NCBI GenBank assembly: GCA_038064835.1
Contig: JBBTSD010000001.1
Coordinates: 28,422 to 92,421 of the forward strand
Source: Patescibacteria group bacterium
GTDB taxonomy: Bacteria > Patescibacteriota > Minisyncoccia > Phycocordibacterales > UBA2100
Length of the DNA: 64,000 nt
Reading direction: 5' to 3'
Position numbers and translations under genes: made by a program. The notes beneath the pieces are model-generated. The model worked only from the letters and a program-made list of their open reading frames with translations, did not search any database and was not told where the DNA came from. The first letter of the stretch is position 1; every line of letters begins with the position of its first letter. Shown here in pieces: positions 24,001-26,835 of this stretch.

Positions 24001-24363
24001 AAGACCAAGGCAGAGTTCTCGGTGACTTGCACCCAGGGATCGGGAGCCACCAAGCGAGAAGCAAAGGCAACCTGCTCGATTCGTATTCGTAATGCAAATG
24101 TGCCAAAGGTGTCGCTCACCTTGTCGCCGCGCGAGCCGGCCGAAGGTGAGCGAGTAACAGCGAATTGGTTTGCGGCAAATGATTTACAATCATGCGAGCT
24201 TACGAGTCCTCAAGAAATTAGTTTGAAACAAATCGGTATTACTGGTTCCTATCTGACACCTCCTGTGCTTATTGCTCGCCCAGTGGTGCTTAACTTCAAA
24301 TGCGCTCCCAAAAATGTAGGTTCACCGTATACCCAGCAAGTGGTGGTAAGGGTAAAGGAGTAG
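1..24363 (+). CDS. Giant multidomain protein, 5'-partial: the reading frame is open from nt 1, upstream of the TTG at 34 used by the ORF track, so there are at least 8,109 aa in the window. It has low-complexity Ala/Pro/Arg/Ser N-terminal regions plus GNAT-like, DUF4157-like, alpha/beta-hydrolase, TraB/GumN-like and two kinase-like modules, then Pro-rich and Cys-rich C-terminal segments.
   Basis: A single uninterrupted frame-1 ORF runs from the window edge to TAG at 24361-24363; a 24-kb open frame cannot arise by chance. There is no stop between nt 1 and 34. Recognisable motifs are listed as separate features. Confidence 0.85.
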   Translation, partial: SAAFNAELSPALVKMGQIGEVAQDAVARINGQVRAEIDAAIATAGARAEGAFTEIQRSTAERVATVISRDQMLLETRIREIQAERNAWTERFTWVQRNFPRSPLVAEPLVTTGSADNPRTINYDTYMRETQRELDRLNAALQLRTAQYSTVARLTGTPLGDDIALGIVVAPTTPEGLAQQRLLNQGILADYALQQRAILGEARIARLSDAQLLGQSPVIASERAFVREASALTAGRLGELAGTIPMTQATQYEIGKNAGTIRDPGVIEYLRDQNAWYTFAGAVARGLNESLGDKGLPPLFGGGELLARVGRGITGDMLKVARYPVGSAELFQTPGQISGGVLRAGGSLALMATPLGLPGAEARAISAVAAATEARAIAVAARAATVINTPAARELAAVATRAENVAAQALARAGLTTAGGVVVRADGTIAARVIAPTAAEARVGVTAPRVVRAPAGSGALAADTGVVAPAARVSAPAPARVLGRPAAESPVGAATRIRVAEAIGSPPLRAETRVIGRGPLQAGQAPAVARPVRVVETPRPSPAPSQRFAQNTTAREIAVNRSVAPVSVNRPVGTTQSPVSAAVPRNITPVRTVSNPGSVTPRAVPSTAGPARSLVTPRSPVVLGKPPITRGFTPGNPQVAGRARPADFVSAPRQAPRVAGRQQQQAQANASRGGASANANSRSLTPDQRWAQTLEKAEVLAGSRSAPAGERAAAANAAQRMRAAGPPSGGPVPPRVSAPRTATTPAPRPPVSGSPVRNPSQTTGGPLATVPATRPATAPRSTPGSTAQGARNLAPRPVSGGQGRSLVPVSARRDVPKTASPAPRGTPGSQQIDTALKTQVPIFGGARSSPASAPRPGSPPTVRELVATRAMVRAGVASAQAAAMATHAQSIEQAFGYSSPQATLARANATDAARNSVIADTIASNLANRTGLAMVNIDGFATVVRAGAVPEAFGYMNGTRLVQSLPFVEIGATAPSVAVARPGASLAPRPVASVRPSAPAPRVAGVETIPRGTALVPVSARRDLPGAGGPTPYSIPGPRQIQVALGSQVVPRYGTVSALPVSAVRTGSPPTPTEMLAVSEITRAELFAARTAAASARASAVAGAPRTTIQAVQAANAVVSRALDVERVVVAAANRAASAAGLASVTIDGTQFIVRTGSVPEVVGYMRGTVFVQSLPFADLNAGASVAVTRPVISSAPRTTSAASAQTPPVGSTPTPTPGPSRVFTADGRFIGAPTRVVERPSPLLTDISQLPVFEANIPRNRSLAVIPPAGATGVYPTAARGSFAPAAAPSTAAPPRPTITPITSAQGQAILNYNRPVQSIETISRALGRLPQGGLAANLVADINLAQLQLSALGILVPGGGVMIRQDDGVMIARYSPSAGAYVLTPAAFGSDAPMPPEPAPRVHTLFLGGARPGAPVDLLGIPTPPEVIQEVRARAAVRAAIQGGTVPREMIPPLVALLGAPTGSFERDLEAFFIASAPSPTYTGTAIIRRSPARARAAARVNARSAALARGLAPTAPRSGLSIDDLGAGLNSLGVSAGAFTTNFVSNTVLSRSGQDIPESITGNNVQNALWGGSPAILENQGMQTVSLGGGIADAVVTGVNSEKKKTECLSSCFSVVGTGVALDGSGGISFVSHSAPPTLVEKNAVAQKALGNHIGNAIKDLLVRSVPGTARIEIFGGGFQTLPGRETPEPGSLAVYEEGKNFLEETAVQAIRQARALNPDIPLVAISRPLGPSYPGISAESPLTAVFVDTPRLTTTVFAPESLIAEGRGVAPAGATTPNSRQTLPMARSNIGAEFPQNTGALVQVIATRAAALQGQNPSPTPPQRILLVEDDARAVRGFLDAFEKLFPELPVVNKGRFSETPSAADLQAPGILVVTSAEKAQLALTAPRALSVGLVLLDNNLLDGRLGYDMVYPLIKGSQPNAVVLSTSGEGRLEQPGVGHVDKGIGFNAKKLSEALAQAGVLPTASGISQAQRGAGVLTGYRENPVTAILHARAAGANPFAPAWAQPQVGRSVLARRGQGVTDRADIPRRGSGRWGPVASNIPAVLGTAQARGALNTLGQITRGPGTSPVSSVGAGQQPSLPSQRDPRLAALATRVRAMNTIVVVNARPIPGRTTVVLDAIATLLEEVCGQVPNCRNLELFHALSGSTPDPTRIVAFDTPDGALLAAAQKFAQTFLTDAENPLSSASLRVTLPMARNIGTGFPQNTDVLIQAIAVRAAALQARNPVISATTRIQLSTAPRPGPENPITGKPDPNQVVTNEGTFFEIQNSQLTNVAVAAILDGIVAVAPPVVVDAVGVRGVFGGKRYFSPVLISANARPVSPEAIRADLAVLEVFGDTDHRFDARVNPPLVSNIGLTSDGRMYVFDFGYAQHLMMANPLDARSIDAQMAQMTPGTQALFVSKLNQLEARVSGASGLAFLSGVLGNSRGSWKTAFNFMSDAPRIGNPAAYFRDNLLDRIRQTRTVAIAINPALANLGTRGIARVALPMVRPSQLLTEAEALALLSGPPTLSAIGVSANLIEGATALIRIAQQNGGRLQNPLAQAWYEADMEARQARRFFQSVLNEQNLARGAVSLLAGNNAPPEQMRQAVAYATWIENFVQAVATNDFPNDVADTLLRELQKGERTVPVTGSVAGMLAQNTAARAARQNLPALENRWIELQRAHVSASYFIANSGPNLDPGTGVRDVSFQRSQELVRLAVESEMRQLATQIVPLRQTAALLTPSDTSFIGTLARALNPQTPRRGPGVLTGYRENPVLAARHARAAGADPFAPAWAQPQVGRGGIARRGQGVTPISPAQTPPISTEATLVRIEKMVVDALKSIREQAKGNEDVPKRLIPHIQRLTSGQGVQNSIASAVLNSVPFAELPTLTQAQVSAIALNQVARRMGPGPLSQIFAKGFGVLEKSIGAPAGSTLAGVRVIPAMPGILSPVVAQSVVPKKVSKRAINKIVRQVRTFADEPVRQETPAQTLTRLLDRVGAPLVVNEAPQQGVPAGSIVARPEFTGTYAHTVAEGARDSSQHLLSLPTIIDSFPAHQLRRALRSALQEAAARVAPTDPAKAVALQSVYRYFEGNAARVNVFNILSSDLSELAGILATSEGTVKNAVGMMVERRPRIGDAEYDGLPPTQKKQVVDQWKEIARLYLELVGSTANDQQVIAALGRMPTNDELKAMLAANPVQQTATTFATAGRTTMGRHTRAVGEEVGALNLAGGRSTTRPGQARRGPGGPVIVSAPAPQAAGAVLTGTQPVATPYTLGAMTNESKTKLVYYIENAAGDVMGAMSLVMVNADVPHVILSSLSVLPAYQGLKLGRTFLQEVKNRLVNAGIPVLLVNGIDSESPAFLMYNRSGWVDAGVGDPIQMWMVNDPRGLLTQADRTAIAQAAKQGEKGVNTTQTFALAPDGAVSIVDVPPPTSVTGVAPADPIARPLVAIQSRAPPAAIVPDTVVSDTTTAPVVMGSLGFPIMPSDGTVAGVLEGTFRKLETEMGGIPTLRSSRQFAARTALGLFVRNIANGLANAPKDELHGAVIAIAFQFRDRTLGNYPSNLSAKEIIAEMSTALNEKNPQKFASLSAWSLSQISFALDSVETFDQGRKLVNGWRAKAPDTPEGNKELFKEIFKFDATGDVFVVAGPQMLHVFPTVRADVDRAVGLTGVGAAVLAQPLVPAELGGRVVMYAPTEDVLANYPEIARHEAEHIAQFIANTSAVSNARHISFQRLLAKATEKPSEAVARTPLQSFVHLFANEGNSNQEGLIAIRARGYANAFISGALFQVSMELLSYFVADRLSGAELAERVNRPLYQDPMKELAKKEAERITGILELNIIKATLRPFTLGTFLGAPVVQATPFSLGDSLNPNRIRGRVVIPDYTFLVDEGVRVLSTLTAQGVDREVINALLSGLPVHRWNRAVSAFFAEQSFFVFEATPRDLASGQDLTAIHTPAPRAINGGAVPAASVAISTTKELADKPIDLPSADARGAEYASAPEATPSGLQRSLPPVLSFGPLNLTAPVSAPVSGLFGDEGLESVSTRGVLLESLSGSAQIARQAATTLRDTARAWVAFRRRGGQVNDVTRQQLAGSFETMPIGATSGTAPALHVVLVSGVKSSRQNLFDGAQIMYDTLAQLDSNVAVSVAYGDYTHVDTARQAFGVEHLIGEASRILSSDPNAKLVFLGHSWGGDLSALAVGVLERNPQFVGRIGLVQYASPDPRNLRPFLRAIGVGGALKRLGYTGDVRLESPVFVLNAGRDRLIRIDSSGVQGPEGVVSPRLVPQATHTQCFGPECAGIVAQAIAETARALDRPLAGESALASLGKPVTVHLSPSGNRARFPRVSQTARREVSVLLLRLVLGGADVPGANTAYSGGRRPQISPRLRGETLPPVTTVVDATPAPTGVVSGFGPSMNFLSGPLGRNRGPVFAPPDARSAAADGIPVAQLEAEQVARFDDEIDRALDIIRADSTVGSSEWDRVAALLASDDFVGKVQAAVVESGDTNGIRPAIAKELYAWGEKSGSREATNLVRRVALQIQSSFDASILAADQKAIDARLANFQTQLIKAARDGATARVLRTMTLRFVQQYSGGLESPDVRMIRNTLVEALASTRVRSRKVTERLLAPISPLPPATTPPSNREKLTKIRVATTPSGLFRAVRSALESEVFTNSRVLGVVKKIDLGSIAEGGVAGTAEILAEALTTALEPQGRAPARARYIQRVTPIIAALQTHTKTDITSAFVRAANAPRVAATPRTTRQPLTRAALQAARARAGSLQSATMNTMAQAARAVGVALVLAGAPQSAVAQEAPKAGVSVPSLVQAGIDARLFRGNDAQMVERARKAIVGNGTIIGAINVRPGVPLVYLIGEIHDSLISKKAEEIVDQILPFARNIGHEGISSEEIPAAVGGLHFGVEDLSLYRQGSFLSQMWFFLNARMGRVVNASYQDAQTAEEFVDRLTTDFWESEFGSIYKKKYEENTVDARLVETRRDARDLLVKIVQSLWNTHGPTNVDLRDELDAVNGQIRLSVINQRWAENIEKALAILPGGSAVIAVGARHLIDIPMTPSRLPEYRALIGQSIQGALAARGIGVVIILPNNYTNVSGISRIKAAIAFVEMSAVMRSTAPILAVPPTPKLVQPPTEAVRPSRTKVYERPGRFSPGNGLLPRDKAPTRPNRPTRQPLTRAALRASRERLGGVPGVTTRLSNRFAKVVAIAWRIGHGHALEKHGPTIGTIDPVVLSRIVARTMLAGITISRSPRATVYVDAESRIIVIRDRNSRSSVGVADAGTVYRLPTGSGDPVAYATEKAEEIFKNDVARAIVAEHGAEMIASGQWPVTNPSSLRNYITASMTQGVEQMTPSGARVFVDSKRNTIVRVSPGASVVATAQKFANREALQEGLAQIMGGMQVTPSPTVAIVRSQPLAPGVVEGPRSSVRLENAAFGRLAQGLSVTERTSLKQVFDTLLATNDSFRAQIHAFGQPDVTAVQRDALRPALLAQISAGNQVSATAAQRQSNPRGLVARIVDAFRYALSGMRSGNTSTTNMFGAALLEKFFTNFSARMVQTRNVVQSEQQTTSLTLSAVQPIPGTGALRRFGAAGVEVAKIFFGITPRPTSGSVFATDSFGANVPEEIPSEVIDNLPELNQTSPAIASRVILPPEVLNDGGIDSYPVSRETLVDTIGGRFHPLDTKPTSQAAQFVTAALFKGFLNVSSVVKIGDRFYSYEAPGTMAHPTAGYPAFDATKKASLEADLEILRLVMHDLDHKAPNLHNVALLEDGNYMIFDFEFSHDGFWRGWRLSIETDDRIVQRIMLTKLQRLQSFYQSDEGVALMKSVFARAGVPLEEIFENPASQGEKDASTAAFHARFMERIAIGISDLREKLGPADLSVANRALDNLVATAPRPASVDAPAPAQENDLLDRIDTTENLISALQVIVRQGQLNTADVGRIAEVSVALDNAATAMRNGNMAVAGTEVSVAEALINDLAVSKPALVAQARAAQPGRPLPAGAGVPEGTPLTKAEILGNLWYEENHSVNNPDSHNYRASVFLNGKLYSVFFLYNMSTDLDGERVLHIELIRSSGQPGVFQSLLAFVADRIIAEGATKVDWFTTASETTPNTHFDVTRLNALYSRIARFPGSTKKPRSRNTYSGFDYSVPARAFIGFLRNVGISPRGTIITPEEAKNILIDSMGRGSPTSVEVIVPEQVQATPQPAIPPAPQADAPAPVQEDRGAQGVASRFVATPKLIDERNRLAAASRGFVGRVLERARGELVPIEVGRVSIGAAGNTRISGITGYRVNDRGESFLPTAVGGSYIQIRTPRVGLMRALAEELGVAAPATPNLAPIGFAGPVPDDRARSAPAQAQDAPGSQADTIDETPISDDNSLPRIFEREIAAREQEIRERELAIPAEAPTPSLPAPRTSAEIRAAARVALPTPPAAPVLPAPVRPLPAPFRPALRTTALPSPLPAVLPPPLPPVATPLAPDRALPPPLTPEQIQASFAAPSSPLIEPAALDVISAWAAAREDADTEIARTQEEPVVLRPGVEILTTDPTRSLQVRIGSAEVPFRWNGSPEIRFAGDVRPQAVPLEGRAFPLQDYVQAIVNNEPGVSGDVTAYPISRQNNVSSVGTRGIVVATPNPKLVGKRLVITGIGVVRLLPRADGRGAEFVIEAPDPTRTYAGVHGFPSGESVDAAGNISSVFDTSPFGAYTPYELDAKIRFTQAFSPRYGIEVVAAGMYEGTQMGWFAYTLPDTVLSPEETMVADVALPGPAGRIYGAALGSLFAEIRRWHDMGIVHGSLHPGNWYVDSRTGRPTALLTDLGAASLLSDPHAEEQVAGRVPAPEITARLDSLGKMTPAEKKKFLDISTALYRNTAFVFGPRTHGLLAEQTAQGLQLESSLPIPIRGLSGAQVLYMLDLAARAMHSYLKEPATAQSLDVVRGYLVNRHQQLAVAAANRLGIYQGSNISELVHLVGLTGVPFTTATFELVEEISLDLARGQGTYVSLVTPTVESVTLEDVSVWASTRESADAELTRVQDEAVALSGLAQALRQNVATMRAAEAGMDPAGIPAWQIAQRHYESAAEVLDNAVAMGMSGGSALSEAQALMTLAGDAEKTATVATARSEANVRARDMQGFARRTLARMTGTGNLDAAIKFVTARQRALGAEQAFLAGRTADGNRLANQAEDLWVDASIIDKIGNLQKLIAEVNTLARGTPEADDIENLLLDIAREGANRVNVWVDGATSVSPAEWFDNAIRTVEPLHTRLLRDRMTQFEANVNTAVTGEIPGLVAANDNRPEIELLREQAAGLAGLMRGEADRIQQMINEGGVHPDEFALWETARVTFGRAADTFAQEVDATDVAAMSAIGREALELAQTASGFEQTARDAERTRTQPAPQKRLAERILDAVAAAGGVPESVADTAAPTEVRERLIDRIARSRAGIQVRNVYRGAQQGVEESDPQTIVEDAAGSGNSLGTSRPNAEPSLGEIIAAISADASGVGRSTTEGQNPTSSFTDTLDADDAVAARDAVATALRNSNNLDAADRTPDVVEREELNEIAFDAYTNARDLYSQARTATAESDVAQLRGFAQDAMNRGDLAAQGANSNSPNERARIRTVLDTQVGGGAGGPPPPPTGGNGGGGGNGGSSGASNDDLPTFITRKSGNGGSASNPINAGGGSGGTDDGRVRRMTQILLNLLRAIFNSEEQEQPKPLPPLPPAGDSARRDRVVPPAIPPKGPSDAVRRDFEDLARRFSPPPAPPPMPPSPDIRPGDFYPRYNLDGTIKEVVPRDGSAPRGPDTPEYDAVIADMRRRGEDARVPDGAPPAMPPAPPAPVMPPPVARPAPVAPPPATARPAADPAAPPPARRRTTADPTPAARPAGATTPRGGATPGTSPAGGPGSILPQISSLFDQLMKLFGKTPPAGAGGLGGSPLNGLGQPAVPTNPCARYPGTTLVNNRCTCATGYGWNGTRCATKNGTPAPTPGKPGPQADLGCSPEEAREGEAIVFAWSCQNSDTVSAVGFNPEGFMVDSKEGKMPKPPEGKTKAEFSVTCTQGSGATKREAKATCSIRIRNANVPKVSLTLSPREPAEGERVTANWFAANDLQSCELTSPQEISLKQIGITGSYLTPPVLIARPVVLNFKCAPKNVGSPYTQQVVVRVKE
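2410..3650 (+). repeat. In-frame tandem duplication of a ~620-nt module inside the giant ORF (units ~2410-3030 and ~3035-3650)
   Basis: Protein segments LVPVSARRD(V/L)P...(I/Q)(D/Q)(T/V)AL and NIDG/TIDG...VP E(A/V)(F/V)GYM(N/R)GT...VQSLPF...A(P/S)VAV(A/T)RP each occur twice in the same order. Confidence 0.55.
5936..6078 (+). repeat. Copy 1 of a ~143-nt near-identical intragenic repeat encoding GVLTGYRENPV...HARAAGA(N/D)PFAPAWAQPQVGR...ARRGQGVT
   Basis: Compared by eye with copy 2 at 8240-8382; roughly 85% nt identity and the same reading frame. Confidence 0.7.
8240..8382 (+). repeat. Copy 2 of the ~143-nt intragenic repeat (see 5936-6078)
   Basis: Same encoded peptide as copy 1, with few substitutions. 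A second shorter repeat pair, LPMAR(S)NIG.(E/G)FPQNT..L(V/I)Q.IA.RAAALQ..NP, lies at ~5358-5462 and ~6586-6687. Confidence 0.7.
9780..10050 (+). other. GNAT (N-acetyltransferase)-like module within the giant ORF
   Basis: LVYYIENAAGDVMGAMSL...LSVLPAYQGLKLGRTFLQEV...LLVN resembles the GNAT acetyl-CoA-binding motif A (Q/R-x-x-G-x-G/A). A second, weaker GNAT-like stretch lies at ~18050-18300. Confidence 0.45.
11059..11082 (+). other. HExxHxxQ motif (ARHEAEHIAQ), DUF4157-like putative zinc-metallopeptidase signature
   Basis: A HEAEHIAQ motif sits inside the giant ORF. DUF4157 domains, often at toxin or effector N-termini, are characterised by HExxHxxQ. Recognised from memory only. Confidence 0.3.
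12400..12620 (+). other. Alpha/beta-hydrolase (esterase/lipase-like) module with a GHSWGG nucleophile elbow
   Basis: KLVFLGHSWGGDLSALAVG matches the G-x-S-x-G serine hydrolase motif. Confidence 0.55.
14440..15130 (+). other. TraB/GumN-like module within the giant ORF
   Basis: An N-terminal VYLIGEIHDS and a C-terminal AVIAVGARHLIDIP resemble the two conserved blocks of the TraB/PrgY/GumN family. It is flanked by near-identical TRQPLTRAAL linker motifs at ~14194-14226 and ~15451-15483. Confidence 0.4.
17100..17300 (+). other. Protein-kinase-like (APH/Kdo-kinase-like) catalytic-loop motifs
   Basis: LVMHDLDHKAPNLHNVAL...NYMIFDFEFS resembles the H-x-D-L-x-x-x-N catalytic loop plus DFG/DFE motifs of the eukaryotic-like kinase (ELK) / aminoglycoside-phosphotransferase fold. 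Confidence 0.35.
20200..20360 (+). other. Second protein-kinase-like module, with Ser in place of the catalytic Asp (IVHGSLHPGNW ... LTDLG)
   Basis: GIVHGSLHPGNWYVD resembles HGDLHPGNI of RIO/Kdo/APH/ABC1 kinases, with the catalytic D replaced by S. It is followed by LLTDLG, which resembles the DFG motif. Confidence 0.45.
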
Positions 24364-24379
24364 AAGCGTCTTTGTTCAC

Positions 24380-24397
24380 AGGGCTCTCTACAGCCCT
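24380..24397. terminator. Weak hairpin (AGGGCT-ctctac-AGCCCT) 17 nt after the giant ORF stop
   Basis: A 6-bp inverted repeat; the U-tract is poor. Confidence 0.25.
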
Positions 24398-24444
24398 TGG
24401 AATTGTGAGATACTGATGGTAATTAGAAATTTAGTCATATTTTC

Positions 24445-26271
24445 ATGTCTCTTAAAAAAGTTGTTCTCACAGCATTTGTAGCATTGATGGTAGTAGTGCC
24501 TGCGGCAACACATGCACTTACATTGGACGAGCTACAGATACAGATTCGCGACTTGCTTGCGTTTGTAAGCAGACTTCAGGCACAGCTCGACCAGCTTCGT
24601 GGAAGTACTATTGCTCCACCAAATCCTGGCGGTCCACCGCCATCGTGTCGTGTGTGGTACGACGGATGTAATACTTGTACACGGGGCAACCCTGGTGGCA
24701 ACATGGCATGCACTGAATTAATCTGTATGCAGGCATTGGATCTTGCAGAGCGGCGCTCTTATTGCAGAGAGTACTTTGATGGTGGTGTTGTGATGCCGCC
24801 GCGCCCGCCGATTTGCAGACGCCTGCTTGATGCGGTAGGGGATCTTCCCGCTGCCGAAATTCAAGAGTTTCTCAGAGACGAGGGGATATTCAATGGCGAG
24901 CCAACAGGATTTTTTGGGGGTGTTACACAGGCGGCGCTTGGTCAGTGGCAAGAAGTAAACGGCATAGTCAATCAAGGACAGAATGGATGGGGCAATTATG
25001 GACCACGCACACGCGATGCTATTCGCAGGCGCTGTGAGGGTGGTGGCCCAAACCAAGGAGCGCTTCGCGCAAAGCCGATGCGCGGACTGGCGCCACTTCT
25101 GGTCACCTTTATGCCGGGGGTACGGGTTGCAGGTCCGACGATTGCTGATGCGCCGAGTTACAAAATAAACTTTGGTGATGGGAGTCCAGAACAAACGCTG
25201 GCATGTCCACTATCACCGCCAAGTGATACATCACTACGAGACGGCTTTTGCCAGCCGGAAGTGACACATACCTACGGAACTGCTGGAACATATACTGCGT
25301 CTCTCGTTCAATTTGGTGGCTACACGATGGGGCCACCCCACACGATTACCAAAGGTCAGGTTACGATTACGGTCGTAGGTGGCCCAGATATATGCCCTGC
25401 CGTCGAGTACCAACGGCCTATTTGTAGGGACGGGGAAATACCAACACCTGGACAACATCTTTCCGGACAATGTCCTGGTCCATGGATTTGCAAGCCAAAG
25501 GAAGACTCACAATGCAAGATGTGGGGAAGTGGATGCTCGGAATGTACTCGTGAATATCCGGGAGGCCCCGCAACATGTACGCCCACAGATGGATGCTATT
25601 CTGGGTATCAGTGCAAGAAATATTTCGATGGTGTAAATGGCAACAAACCACCAACAATCTCAAGTTTCTCTGGTCCCACGACACTCCAAAATGGAGAGTC
25701 GGGAACTTGGACGATTAATGCATCAGATCCAGAGAATGGAACATTGAGCTACGATGTAAAGTGGGGAGACGAAGTGTGGCGCAACGATGTCAATACGGCA
25801 GTTGCGCTTGCACAACCAGTCTTTACGCAAGCAACAACACTTTCACATGCATACAGTCAGCCAGGCACATACACAGTGAGTGTCATTGTACGAGATATTG
25901 CGGGGAATGTGGCACGCGCGAGTTCTACGGTGCAGGTAAGGAGCGGAGCAATTTCTCCGGCGTGTCCTGGTGCAGTGCCAAGTTCATACTGCAGTGGCTC
26001 ATGGGAACAAGTGGGTCTCGGTGTGCCCGAAGGAATTGGTGTTTGTACTGTTGGTTGGATGTGCCGTCCGACGATTTGTACGGGTGAGTACGCACCAGCC
26101 TGTGGTCGGCCTGATGGATGTGTAAATACTTGCACTGGATCTGGTCCCTGTACGAATATATGCCAAATACCCCCGCCGCAGACCTATGCAAACAAATGTG
26201 TACTTCGCTCCGCACAAGCAACCTTCCTTCATGAAGGTGCATGCAGACCAGACTCAGGAAATTGGTACTAA
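24445..26271 (+). CDS. Secreted protein: signal peptide, coiled coil, Pro-rich linker, Cys-rich region, peptidoglycan-binding-like domain, two PKD-like domains
   Basis: N-terminal MSLKKVVLTAFVALMVVVPAATHA signal; PGBD-like FLRDEGIF..GVTQAALGQWQEVNGI; PKD-like FGDGSPEQT...HTYGTAGTYTASL and WGDEVW...HAYSQPGTYTVSVIVRDIAGN. Confidence 0.7.
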   Translation: MSLKKVVLTAFVALMVVVPAATHALTLDELQIQIRDLLAFVSRLQAQLDQLRGSTIAPPNPGGPPPSCRVWYDGCNTCTRGNPGGNMACTELICMQALDLAERRSYCREYFDGGVVMPPRPPICRRLLDAVGDLPAAEIQEFLRDEGIFNGEPTGFFGGVTQAALGQWQEVNGIVNQGQNGWGNYGPRTRDAIRRRCEGGGPNQGALRAKPMRGLAPLLVTFMPGVRVAGPTIADAPSYKINFGDGSPEQTLACPLSPPSDTSLRDGFCQPEVTHTYGTAGTYTASLVQFGGYTMGPPHTITKGQVTITVVGGPDICPAVEYQRPICRDGEIPTPGQHLSGQCPGPWICKPKEDSQCKMWGSGCSECTREYPGGPATCTPTDGCYSGYQCKKYFDGVNGNKPPTISSFSGPTTLQNGESGTWTINASDPENGTLSYDVKWGDEVWRNDVNTAVALAQPVFTQATTLSHAYSQPGTYTVSVIVRDIAGNVARASSTVQVRSGAISPACPGAVPSSYCSGSWEQVGLGVPEGIGVCTVGWMCRPTICTGEYAPACGRPDGCVNTCTGSGPCTNICQIPPPQTYANKCVLRSAQATFLHEGACRPDSGNWY

Positions 26272-26297
26272 TACCATCTCCAAAAGTACAGATAAAC

Positions 26298-26325
26298 AAA
26301 ACCCCATGTAGGGGGTTTTGTTTTT
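26298..26325. terminator. Bidirectional rho-independent terminator (AAAACCCC-atgta-GGGGTTTT followed by a T-run) between convergent genes
   Basis: A perfect 8-bp GC-cored stem with flanking A-run and T-run sits between the stop of the 24445 gene and the stop of the HIT gene. Confidence 0.65.
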
Positions 26326-26695
26326 AGAGTGCCGCGCGGATTTTTCTTGCATTCGCAGGAAGGTCTTCCTTGGCACCTGAAACCAAGTGCGGAGCAGGAT
26401 AGAGCCAGATGTGCGCATGAGGAACTTCATTCCCCATAATTCTTGCATACACCTCGTCCGTAGAGAAAGCCTTTTGTATCGCGTGGACAATCTTTTGTGT
26501 GGTTGCGAAGTAGCTATCTCCATTTGGCACATCCCACACCCAGCGATAGTGATCTTTTGGGATAACAAGGGTGTGTCCAGGGGAAATGGGGCGAATATCA
26601 AGAAATGCGAGGAAAGTATCATCCTCAAAAACTTTCTCTGCAGGAATTTCGTTACGAATAATTTTACAAAAGACGCAGGGTGAAGAAGTTTCCAT
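26324..26695 (-). CDS. HIT (histidine triad) family nucleotide hydrolase
   Basis: CVFCKI...[17 protein letters not shown]...HAHIWLYP (H-x-H-x-H-x-x histidine triad). Confidence 0.85.
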   Translation of the reverse strand: METSSPCVFCKIIRNEIPAEKVFEDDTFLAFLDIRPISPGHTLVIPKDHYRWVWDVPNGDSYFATTQKIVHAIQKAFSTDEVYARIMGNEVPHAHIWLYPAPHLVSGAKEDLPANARKIRAAL

Positions 26696-26835
26696 CGGAA
26701 TAGTGTACTACCTAAAATGGTCCTCAGATAAAGAATCTATCACGCACCTTCAGACGCAAGAATACTTTCCACATGGTGGCATTTGATGAAAAATGCCGGT
26801 GCTATACTGAAAGAGCATTTTTAATTATATTTTCT

